From Candidatus Caldarchaeales archaeon (lineage in GTDB: Archaea > Thermoproteota > Nitrososphaeria_A > Caldarchaeales > Calditenuaceae), in assembly GCA_039630085.1 (NCBI GenBank), contig JBCNVM010000001.1, forward strand, positions 202,037 to 266,036: a stretch of DNA of 64,000 nucleotides. Direction: 5' to 3'. The position numbers and the translations under genes were made by a program. Position 1 is the first letter of the stretch. Each line of letters begins with the position of its first letter. The notes beneath the pieces are model-generated. The model had not been told where the DNA came from and did not search any database. It worked only from the letters and a program-made list of their open reading frames with translations. Below, in pieces: positions 9,044-16,596 of the stretch.

Positions 9044-10204
9044 ATGCCGAAGGAGACCTTAGTGACCAGCGTCGTCGGGAGCTGGCCGAGGCCCAGCTGG
9101 CTTCTCTCGGAGCTGAGGAGGAAGAACAGGGGCGAGGTGACCTACGAGCGGTTCAGCGAGGCCGCCGACGAGGCCGTGCTCCTGGCCGTGAAGTACCAAG
9201 AGGACGCCGGGATAGACGTGGTGACCGACGGCGAGCAGAGGCGCGACAACTTCTACTCCTTCGTGGCCGACAAGCTGGAGGGCATCAAGCTCGTGTCGGT
9301 CGCGGAGCTGATGGACTTCGTCCAAGACAAGAGGAGGTTCGAGGAGGTCCTGAGCAGGCTCGACGTCCCCGCCTTCGCGATCAAGAGCCCGGTCGTCGTG
9401 GGGCCCATCAGGAAGAGGAGGCCCTTGGCCCTGGACGAGCTCGAGTTCCTCAGGGAGCACACCCGCAGGAGGATCAAGGTCCCGCTTCCCGGACCTTATA
9501 TGCTGACGAGGGCCAGCTGGGTCGAGCCGCTCAGCAGGAACGCCTACTGGTCGAGGGAGGACCTCGCGACCGAGTACGTCAGGCTCCTCAGGGAGGAGAT
9601 CGTCAGGCTCGCGGAGGCCGGCGCGTCGTTCGTCCAGCTCGACGAGCCCACGCTGATGGAGGTCGTTTACGGAGAGGCCTCGCAGCAGACGTTCATGTGC
9701 GCCGCGATAATGGCCAAGGTCGACCCGAAGGAGGAGCTGGAGTTCGCGACCGAGCTGATCAACAGGACCGTGAAGGGTGTGACCGGCGTGAAGGTCGGGA
9801 TCCACGTCTGCAGGGGCAACTGGACGAGGTCCGAGGAGTCACTGCTCTCCGGCGACTACTCGCCGCTGATACCGTACTTCCAGGAGATGAAGGTCGACCA
9901 GTTCGTGCTGGAGTTCGCCACCTCCAGGGCCGGCGAGGTCAGGGTCTTCGCCGACGCCTCCGGGATCAGGGAGCTGGGGCTCGGAGTCGTCAACCCGAGG
10001 ACCGACGAGGTCGAGCCCACCGAGTCCATAAGGGCCAGGGTCCGCGAGGCGCTGAACTACTTCGACCCCGAGAGGATCTACCTCAACCCCGACTGCGGCT
10101 TCGGGACGTTCGCCGAGTCGCCCGTCAACAGGGCTCCGGTCGCGTACAGGAAGCTGAAGTCGATGGTGAGGGCCGCGGAGGAGCTGAGGAAGGAGTACGC
10201 CTGA
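9044..10204 (+). CDS. metE: Cobalamin-independent methionine synthase catalytic-domain protein (short 'core' MetE)
   Basis: 386 aa. SVVGSWPRP N-terminus. Zn-ligand contexts IHVCRGN and NPDCGFG. It lacks the N-terminal half of bacterial MetE. Confidence 0.8.
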   Translation: MPKETLVTSVVGSWPRPSWLLSELRRKNRGEVTYERFSEAADEAVLLAVKYQEDAGIDVVTDGEQRRDNFYSFVADKLEGIKLVSVAELMDFVQDKRRFEEVLSRLDVPAFAIKSPVVVGPIRKRRPLALDELEFLREHTRRRIKVPLPGPYMLTRASWVEPLSRNAYWSREDLATEYVRLLREEIVRLAEAGASFVQLDEPTLMEVVYGEASQQTFMCAAIMAKVDPKEELEFATELINRTVKGVTGVKVGIHVCRGNWTRSEESLLSGDYSPLIPYFQEMKVDQFVLEFATSRAGEVRVFADASGIRELGLGVVNPRTDEVEPTESIRARVREALNYFDPERIYLNPDCGFGTFAESPVNRAPVAYRKLKSMVRAAEELRKEYA

Positions 10205-10232
10205 GGCGCGTAGACGCATCGTACGTCAGCAC

Positions 10233-10239
10233 TATATAA
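10233..10239 (+). promoter_or_regulatory. TATA-box-like element (TATATAA) for the 10259 gene
   Basis: TATATAA is centred about 26 nt upstream of ATG10262. This spacing is expected for a leaderless archaeal mRNA. Confidence 0.45.
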
Positions 10240-10258
10240 CCAGTCCGAGTTCTGGTCG

Positions 10259-10780
10259 GTGATGAGCAGGAGACTGCTCTTGGCCGGAGTCGCGATCGGC
10301 GTGCTGGCGACGCTGCTGGTGGCGGGACTGCTGATCCCAGCGACGATTGGGTATTCGGAGCCGGTCTTCGTCCACCACGGGAGGGGACACGGGAGAGGAG
10401 GCGGGGCGTGGAGGAACGCCACGGTCACGCAGGAGCAGGTCGTGATAACCGGAAGGCTCGCGGACCTCGACTTCGGCGTGATGACGATCAGCACGGCCTC
10501 GGGGGACGTCCAAGTCAAGTACCCGATGGCCCTGTTGGTCGACGGGAGGCCCGTTAGCGTCGTCAAGCTGGTCTTCGACGGGAGGCTCCGGAAGGACGAC
10601 GCCGTTGAGGTCACGGCCCTGCGGATCACCGTCACCCTCCCCGACGGGACCACGAGGACCAAGACGGTGCTGGTCAGCATCTACGACCAGACAACGGGGT
10701 TGAGGGCCGAGGCTCCCGGAAGGGGCGCGGTCGGCCCAAGGGCGCCCTCTCAGACGCAATCCGCTGCCCCGAGCACCTGA
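10259..10780 (+). CDS. Hypothetical membrane-anchored or secreted protein
   Basis: N-terminal hydrophobic anchor RRLLLAGVAIGVLATLLVAGLLIP, followed by a beta-rich domain and a Gly/Ala/Pro/Ser-rich tail. No known motif. Confidence 0.5.
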   Translation: MMSRRLLLAGVAIGVLATLLVAGLLIPATIGYSEPVFVHHGRGHGRGGGAWRNATVTQEQVVITGRLADLDFGVMTISTASGDVQVKYPMALLVDGRPVSVVKLVFDGRLRKDDAVEVTALRITVTLPDGTTRTKTVLVSIYDQTTGLRAEAPGRGAVGPRAPSQTQSAAPST

Positions 10781-10803
10781 ATTCCCCCCAATAAACCGAA
10801 CCG

Positions 10804-10823
10804 TTTTTTATTTTGCGTTTTCT
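10804..10823 (+). terminator. Oligo-T archaeal terminator candidate
   Basis: TTTTTTATTTTGCGTTTTCT begins 24 nt after the stop at 10780. This T-rich tract is unique in an otherwise GC-rich context. Confidence 0.45.
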
Positions 10824-10837
10824 CGATCGACCACGGC

Positions 10838-11461
10838 TTGCTGGGAGCGTTGGCTCTGCTCAGACTCGACGCGATACTGGAGCTCATCAGCTTCTTCATC
10901 TGTGCCGCGATCAGCGCGGGCTTCGTCAGGGCCCACTTAAGGCTGAGGGCAGGGGTCTTCCTCTGGCTCGGCGCGGGCTTCGGGCTGATGGCGGGGGCGA
11001 TGCTGGCCCGCTCGCTCTTCATCATCCTAGCGATCTCCGCGGAGAGGGGGTTCGGGAGGCCGTTCCAACAGCTCCTCCAGCTCTACCAGGTCGAGCTCTT
11101 CTACTCGGCCGTAAGGGTTACCGCGTACGTGCTGTTCATAGTCGCCTACGTGATCCCGCTCGTCCGCGCAAGGGTCGAGCTCGGGGCTGTCCCGCCGATG
11201 ACAATCGTCTACAACGCGACCTTCGAGATAATCTCCGCTGGGCTCTTGGTCTACGTGGTCGTGGTGACCACGGTCAACTGGTACGCCAAGAGGAGCGCGG
11301 GGTCCTCGCTCATAGCCGCGGGCTTCTGGGCGCTGATGCTGAGCCACGTCGCCTTCTTCCTCACGCCTCTGAGCATCATGTATTACCTGCTCGGACACGG
11401 CCTCCAGCTCTCCGCGCTGGCGCTGATCGCGCTGGGGACCTTGGAGGCTGGGAGGGGTTGA
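10838..11461 (+). CDS. Hypothetical polytopic membrane protein (about 6 TM)
   Basis: 207 aa with six long hydrophobic segments. Its stop overlaps the TTG start of the downstream wHTH gene (TTGA). Confidence 0.55.
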   Translation: MLGALALLRLDAILELISFFICAAISAGFVRAHLRLRAGVFLWLGAGFGLMAGAMLARSLFIILAISAERGFGRPFQQLLQLYQVELFYSAVRVTAYVLFIVAYVIPLVRARVELGAVPPMTIVYNATFEIISAGLLVYVVVVTTVNWYAKRSAGSSLIAAGFWALMLSHVAFFLTPLSIMYYLLGHGLQLSALALIALGTLEAGRG

Positions 11462-11733
11462 GGAAGCACTACAGGTCCAAGGTGAGGATCTACGCGGACA
11501 TCATCGCCACGGTCCTTGAGCAGGGCGAGGCCAGGATATCGACGATCATGAGGGACGCGAACCTGCCCTACGACAGGCTCCAGCGGTACGTCGACGAGCT
11601 CTGCAGCAAGGGCCTCCTGACCAGGCGGGAGCTCGGAGGGCCCCTCTACTCGGTTACCGAGAAGGGGTCGGAGTTCCTCTCGGAGTTTAGGAAGTTCGAG
11701 AGGATCTCCAGGGCCTTCGGGATCGAGCTCTGA
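11458..11733 (+). CDS. Small winged-helix DNA-binding protein (COG3432-like archaeal regulator)
   Basis: RKHYRSKVRIYADIIATVLEQGEARISTIMRDANLPYDRLQRYVDELCSKGLLTR is a typical wHTH. Only the 3' end of track ORF 10813..11733 looks real. Start is TTG11458 (GTG11482 is an alternative). Confidence 0.6.
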   Translation: MRKHYRSKVRIYADIIATVLEQGEARISTIMRDANLPYDRLQRYVDELCSKGLLTRRELGGPLYSVTEKGSEFLSEFRKFERISRAFGIEL

Positions 11734-11766
11734 ACCGCTAAAAGGGCCCGTTCGCATCGGAGCTCG

Positions 11767-12699
11767 ATGTCGGCCGTCAGGGACCTCAGGTTGACGGGCA
11801 GCTCCACCGTCCTCGAGGTAATGAGGGGCATGTCGGAGATGGGCGGGTTCATGGGCCCGAACCTAGCCAAGGCGCTGGAGGTACTCGCGGAGATGGTCGG
11901 GGCTCAGGGCTGCCTGAGGGTCATCACCTTCACCGGGAATCTGATCGCGACCGGCGTCAGGGGAATCGTAGCGGACGCGCTAAGGAGGAGGCTCTTCGAC
12001 CTCGTCGTCACGACGTGCGGCGCCCTCGACCACGACGTGGCCAGGACCAGGTCCGAGTACCTTCACGGGTCCTTCGACGCGGACGACCTCAAGCTAAGGG
12101 AGGAGGGCTTCCACAGGCTCGGGAACGTCTTCATACCGATGAGGAGCTACGGCGTGGTGATCGAGAGGGAGATCGCGGAGCTCCTGAAGGAGCTCGGGGA
12201 GGGCAGGTCGATCTCGACCCACGAGCTCTGCTGGGCCTTGGGGGAGCGGCTGGGGTCCGAGTCCTCCTTCCTCTACTGGGCCTGGAGGAACAGAATACCG
12301 GTGGTGGTCCCCGGGATCTACGACGGCGCCGTCGGGTACAACCTCTGGCTCAGGGGCAGGGCGAGGAGGTTGACCGTCGACGTTGCCAGAGACCAGGACC
12401 TCCTCAACGACCTGATGTGGGCGAACAGGCTGAAGGGAGCGCTGATCCTCGGAGGGGGGATCTCGAAGCATCACGCGCTCTGGTGGGCCCAGTTCGGGGG
12501 CGAGGGCTTCGACTACGCGGTCTACGTCATCAGCTCCGACGAGTACGACGGGAGCCTCAGCGGCGCCAGGCCGAAGGAGGCGGTCACCTGGGGGAAGGTG
12601 GGCCCTAGGTCCAAGAGCGCCTTCGTTAAGGCCGACGCCACTTTGGTCTTACCTTTCCTCTACGTCGGGCTCCTTTCGCTCCTGAGCGGCACCGCGTAG
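11767..12699 (+). CDS. dys: Deoxyhypusine synthase
   Basis: 310 aa. TFTGNLIATGVRG, TTCGALDHD, GGGISKHH and SSDEYDGSLSGA motifs are characteristic of DHS. Confidence 0.85.
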   Translation: MSAVRDLRLTGSSTVLEVMRGMSEMGGFMGPNLAKALEVLAEMVGAQGCLRVITFTGNLIATGVRGIVADALRRRLFDLVVTTCGALDHDVARTRSEYLHGSFDADDLKLREEGFHRLGNVFIPMRSYGVVIEREIAELLKELGEGRSISTHELCWALGERLGSESSFLYWAWRNRIPVVVPGIYDGAVGYNLWLRGRARRLTVDVARDQDLLNDLMWANRLKGALILGGGISKHHALWWAQFGGEGFDYAVYVISSDEYDGSLSGARPKEAVTWGKVGPRSKSAFVKADATLVLPFLYVGLLSLLSGTA

Positions 12700-12765
12700 C
12701 GGCTACGTCCGTTCAGTTTACGGAAAACGGTAATATACGCAACCGGGGAGTTTGAAGCAGTAGTC

Positions 12766-13776
12766 TTGACGACGAGCTTCAGGACGCAGGCGAAGCAGAC
12801 GCTGGAGGTCGCGGAGTTAGCTAAGGTGTTAGAGGTCAACCTCAAACCGGGACAGGAGCTCCGGCCGGAGAGGTCCCTGGGGAGCGGGGTCTACTACGAC
12901 GTGGGGGGTCTCAAGCTCCCCGAGAGCAGGATGTACCTCCTCGCGGAGATAGGGGTACTGAAGGTCGAGCGGCACGTGGCCTTCCCCTCCTGTCCCATCT
13001 GCGGGAGCCTCGACTTGGCGATCGACATCCACTGCCCCAACTGCCTCAGCACGGACATCGAGAAGGTCGACCTGGTCATCCACTACGAGTGCCACTACGC
13101 GGACGACATCTCGAGGTTCAGGACCGGTTCGGGGGAGCTGGTCTGTCCGGTCTGCTCCAAGACCCTCAAGACCGTCGGGATAGACTACGGCAGGCCCGGG
13201 ATCGGGTACTCGTGCAACGCCTGCAACAACAAGTTCCAGTTCCCCCTCTACAGGATCACCTGCAGGAACGGGCACATCATGAAGCTCGACGAGCTGGCCC
13301 TGATCAGGGTTCCCGTCTTCGTCTACAGTCCCTCCGCGCCCGTCAGCAGGTATGAGGTCCTCGCGGTAGTGGCCCGGGAGCTGGAGAGGCGCCTGCCCAG
13401 GGCGACGATTGAGCAGTTCGTGAACAAGAGGGGCCTGCTCAGCTCCAGGGAGCATTTCATCCCGCTCTACGTCGAGAGCGCCAACGGGAAATTCGCGGTC
13501 ACCGTCGTCGACGAGGAGGCCACGGCCTTCGAGCAGCTGACGGACATCATGGTGACGGCCCTAGACCTGGGCGTGAAGTTCTTAGTCCTCATGCCGGAGT
13601 CAGTCGAGCGGTCGCTGAGGAACTCCATCTCCGGCAGGTCCGGCGGGCAACCCCAAGGGCTTGAGGAAATCTTCAGCCCCCGCCTCCTGAGAGCGATGAC
13701 TTACAGGAGCGCCGAGCCCTCCGCCGCGGCCTCAGAAGTCCTCCCTAGGCTGGAGAGGGAGATCCGTGAGGGGTAG
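12766..13776 (+). CDS. Multi-zinc-ribbon protein of unknown function (possibly TackOD1-like metal-binding domain)
   Basis: Central CPICGS-x10-CPNC, HYECH, CPVC-x20-CNAC and CRNGH ligand pairs, flanked by an N-terminal helical region and a C-terminal alpha/beta domain of about 165 aa. TTG start. The 3' end overlaps the GT2 gene by 11 nt. Confidence 0.5.
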   Translation: MTTSFRTQAKQTLEVAELAKVLEVNLKPGQELRPERSLGSGVYYDVGGLKLPESRMYLLAEIGVLKVERHVAFPSCPICGSLDLAIDIHCPNCLSTDIEKVDLVIHYECHYADDISRFRTGSGELVCPVCSKTLKTVGIDYGRPGIGYSCNACNNKFQFPLYRITCRNGHIMKLDELALIRVPVFVYSPSAPVSRYEVLAVVARELERRLPRATIEQFVNKRGLLSSREHFIPLYVESANGKFAVTVVDEEATAFEQLTDIMVTALDLGVKFLVLMPESVERSLRNSISGRSGGQPQGLEEIFSPRLLRAMTYRSAEPSAAASEVLPRLEREIREG

Positions 13777-15109
13777 GAGGGCCAAGAGGATAGGGATACT
13801 CGTTCTCCTGTTGCTCGCTCTGTCCGTCTCGCTCTACCTCTGGACAAAGGAGACCCTGACCGTCGTCGCATGGTCGATCGTCGGGCTCTACACGCTCTGG
13901 GGAGCGTTCCACACGGCCTACTTCGTCGCAGGCCGCAGACCCCCTTACGCTCCGTCAGGCCCCGCGCTGAAGAAGCTGAAGTTCTCGCTGATCGTCCCGG
14001 CGAGGAACGAGCCGCTCATAGAGAGGACCGTGAGTCACATCGTCCACGAGGTGCGGTACCCGAAGCACCTGAAGGAGATAATACCGGTGGTTGACGACGA
14101 GGGGACGGAGAGGATCGTCTTCCACCTCCAGCAGCTCTACCCGGGTTACGTGAAGCCCATAGCCAGGAGGAGGCTCTTCCCGACGAAGCCCAGCGCCCTC
14201 AACGACGCACTCGCCCTGGCTACCGGCGACGTGGTGGGAATCGCCGACGTGGAGGACCTCCTCGACAACGACATCCTCGAGAAGGTGAACGCGGCCGTGG
14301 TCAACGACGACCACAAGGTCATCCAAGCCATACTGAGGGTGAGCAACGTGAAGGACTCCTGGATAACGGAGCTCTTCGCGTGCGAGTACGCCGGGTGGTT
14401 CAGGGTCCTCCTCAACGGACGGAGCAAGCTGAGGCTCTACGCTCCCCTGGGGGGGACGGGCAACTACATCGAGAGGACGACGCTGATGACTGTGGCCAGG
14501 TGGGACCCGCTCAACCTCGCCGAGGACGCCGAGCTAGCGCTGAGGCTGCACCTCCACGGCTACAGGACCGTCCTGATCGACGCGAGACACTGGGAGGAGG
14601 CGCCGGTGGACTTCAACGCCTGGCTGAGGCAGAGGACCAGGTGGTTCAGGGGTTGGCTCCAGTCGCTCTTCGCGCACGGCCCCGCGATAACTTGGATGGG
14701 GATCAGGCACCCGAGGTCTCTGGTCAACGTCCTCTCGATACTGATGATGCTGATGGCACCGCTGGTCGTCGTCTTCAACTGGGTAGCTTACGGCATGACC
14801 GCCTTCTACCTCCTCGAGCACTTCGACGTCATCGGGACCGATTACATGTCTGGGACCTTCCCGGTGATCGCGATACTGCCGCTCTTCTTCAACGTCCTCT
14901 ACTACGGCGTCTGGTACGTGGGGAAGGAGCTCGAGCGGATACCCGTGAGCTTCCTGAGGAGGCTCCCGCACTTCGTCTTCTACGCGAACGTGATGATGCC
15001 GATCGCGGCGTTGAGGGCCCTGTACCAGGAGCTCTTCAAGGACGTCTTCTGGGAGAAGACCAGACACCCGGGTAGGGGCGCGAGGTGGGCGATGGTCGAA
15101 AGGGCCTGA
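13766..15109 (+). CDS. Integral-membrane family-2 glycosyltransferase, processive synthase type (cellulose/chitin/NodC/PgaC-like)
   Basis: Two N-terminal and about four C-terminal TM segments. Catalytic signatures are IVPARNE, VVDDEG, ADVED, LAEDAELALRL and the processivity motif QRTRWFRGW (QxxRW). Confidence 0.8.
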   Translation: MRGRRAKRIGILVLLLLALSVSLYLWTKETLTVVAWSIVGLYTLWGAFHTAYFVAGRRPPYAPSGPALKKLKFSLIVPARNEPLIERTVSHIVHEVRYPKHLKEIIPVVDDEGTERIVFHLQQLYPGYVKPIARRRLFPTKPSALNDALALATGDVVGIADVEDLLDNDILEKVNAAVVNDDHKVIQAILRVSNVKDSWITELFACEYAGWFRVLLNGRSKLRLYAPLGGTGNYIERTTLMTVARWDPLNLAEDAELALRLHLHGYRTVLIDARHWEEAPVDFNAWLRQRTRWFRGWLQSLFAHGPAITWMGIRHPRSLVNVLSILMMLMAPLVVVFNWVAYGMTAFYLLEHFDVIGTDYMSGTFPVIAILPLFFNVLYYGVWYVGKELERIPVSFLRRLPHFVFYANVMMPIAALRALYQELFKDVFWEKTRHPGRGARWAMVERA

Positions 15110-15113
15110 GCGC

Positions 15114-15602
15114 TCACTCCCTTCCCGGGGGCTTGTAGTCCTTCCTGAGCGGCGGCAGGTCGGACCACCACTCCGGCAGCAGGAGCCTCCTGAGGTCGGG
15201 GTGACCCTTGAAGACGACGCCCAGCATCTCGAAGGTCTCCCGCTCGTGGTACTCCGCGCTCCTCCAGACGCCGGTGAGCGAGGGCATCTCAGGCCCGTCC
15301 CTCGGCAGCTTGACCGAGATCGTGAGCACGGTCCCGGCGAGCTCCTCATCGGTGTAGGAGCCCGCGTGGTACATCACCTCTATCGCGTTCTCGGGCTTCG
15401 TCAGCGCGATCAGGTCCACACCAGTGACGCCCTTGACGTGGTCGAAGCCCCTCTCCTTGAGGAACGCGGCGGCCTCCACGACCACGGACGGGTCGACCTC
15501 GACCTTGACCATCTTCCTGTCCATCGAGACCAATCTCACCTTGTCCCCGAAGGCGGCCCTCAGCTCCTCCACTATCTTGGCTACCTTAGACAACGCGTCC
15601 AC
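15114..15602 (-). CDS. nuoC: NADH-quinone oxidoreductase subunit C-like (NuoC / 30 kDa)
   Basis: 162 aa. VWRSAEYHERETFEMLGVVFKGHPDLRRLLLPE matches the NuoC signature region. Confidence 0.8.
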   Translation of the reverse strand: MDALSKVAKIVEELRAAFGDKVRLVSMDRKMVKVEVDPSVVVEAAAFLKERGFDHVKGVTGVDLIALTKPENAIEVMYHAGSYTDEELAGTVLTISVKLPRDGPEMPSLTGVWRSAEYHERETFEMLGVVFKGHPDLRRLLLPEWWSDLPPLRKDYKPPGRE

Positions 15603-15603
15603 C

Positions 15604-16260
15604 CTAAAGGCGCTCGTTCAGTATCTTGTCCCTCAGTAGGATGAAGCCCTGAATGAGGGTCTCGGGGCGGGGCGGGCAGCCGGGGATGTAAACGTCAACC
15701 GGGACGATGTCGTCGATCCCCTGGACGACGTTGTAGGAGTCCTTGGCGTATAGGCCTCCGGAGATCGAGCAGGCCCCCATCGCGATCACCCACTTCGGGT
15801 CCGGCATCTGGTCGTAGATCACCCGGACTCTCTGGGCCATCTTCGTGGTGACCGTCCCCTCGACCAGCATCAGGTCCGACTGCCTGAGCGACCCGACCGC
15901 GTTGAGTATCCCGAACCTCTCTGGGTCGTACCTGGACCCGACCGTGCCCGCGTACTCCACGGAGCAGCAGGCGGTCGTGAGGTGCACCGGGAATATCGAG
16001 GAGAGCTTCCCCCAGTTCACGATGTACCTGATCAGTGACCTGTTCCGGATCCACTGGAGGACGAAGTTCACCTCGCCCTTCCTCTTCACCTCGCTGACCT
16101 TCCCCACGCCGTACCTCCTGATCGCCTCCCTGACCTCGCTGACAGGGACCTCGACCGCCTCGATCGAGTCGACCACGTGCTTGGACGACCCGAGCGTCAG
16201 GTTGAAGGCCCCCGTCTTCGCCCGGCCCGTGGAACCCGAGCCGAACCAGCAGGAGTGCAT
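15604..16260 (-). CDS. nuoB: NADH-quinone oxidoreductase subunit B-like (NuoB / 20 kDa, N2 cluster carrier) with an N-terminal extension of about 60 aa
   Basis: Cys ligands in TTACCSVEY, MGACSISGG and IPGCPP. Trimmed to ATG16260; the track ORF extends to 16497 through Arg/Pro-rich non-protein-like sequence. Confidence 0.85.
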   Translation of the reverse strand: MHSCWFGSGSTGRAKTGAFNLTLGSSKHVVDSIEAVEVPVSEVREAIRRYGVGKVSEVKRKGEVNFVLQWIRNRSLIRYIVNWGKLSSIFPVHLTTACCSVEYAGTVGSRYDPERFGILNAVGSLRQSDLMLVEGTVTTKMAQRVRVIYDQMPDPKWVIAMGACSISGGLYAKDSYNVVQGIDDIVPVDVYIPGCPPRPETLIQGFILLRDKILNERL

Positions 16261-16284
16261 TCGAGCAATCAGGCACCTGGCGCC

Positions 16285-16292
16285 TATAAAAT
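16285..16292 (-). promoter_or_regulatory. TATA box candidate for nuoB (TATAAAAT on +, ATTTTATA on -)
   Basis: Lies 25-32 nt upstream of ATG16260 on the minus strand. Confidence 0.4.
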
Positions 16293-16337
16293 CCTGCTCC
16301 ACGACGCCCGACTTGGCTCGGAGAGGCCCGTGATACC

Positions 16338-16344
16338 GATAAAT
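16338..16344 (+). promoter_or_regulatory. TATA-like element (GATAAAT) for rps17e
   Basis: Lies 28-34 nt upstream of ATG16372. Confidence 0.35.
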
Positions 16345-16371
16345 GCGACCCGAGCGTCGGAGCAGCTCGGA

Positions 16372-16596
16372 ATGGGGAAGATCAGGACGGCGAAGGTGAA
16401 GAGGACCGCGAGGGAGATCATGGAGGCCTTCAGGGACAGGGTATCGACCTCCTTCGATGAGAACAAGCTGCTGGTGGGCCAGGTCCTGAGGGGCCAAGTC
16501 TCGAAGAAGTTCAGGAACAAGGTCGCCGGGTACCTGACGAGGCTCGCGCGCCTCTCCGCCAAGGGTGAGGCGGCCGGCGAGGCGCCGGTGCAGTGA
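16372..16596 (+). CDS. rps17e: 30S ribosomal protein S17e (eS17)
   Basis: MGKIRTAKVKRTAREIMEAF...NKVAGYLTRL is the canonical eS17 N-terminus. Trimmed from track ORF 16177..16596. Confidence 0.9.
   Translation: MGKIRTAKVKRTAREIMEAFRDRVSTSFDENKLLVGQVLRGQVSKKFRNKVAGYLTRLARLSAKGEAAGEAPVQ

Noticed and set aside
16261-16497. N-terminal extension of the nuoB track ORF
   Set aside because: Non-protein-like (Pro/Arg/His/Leu-rich) and runs through the promoter and TATA region. ATG16260 gives a complete NuoB.
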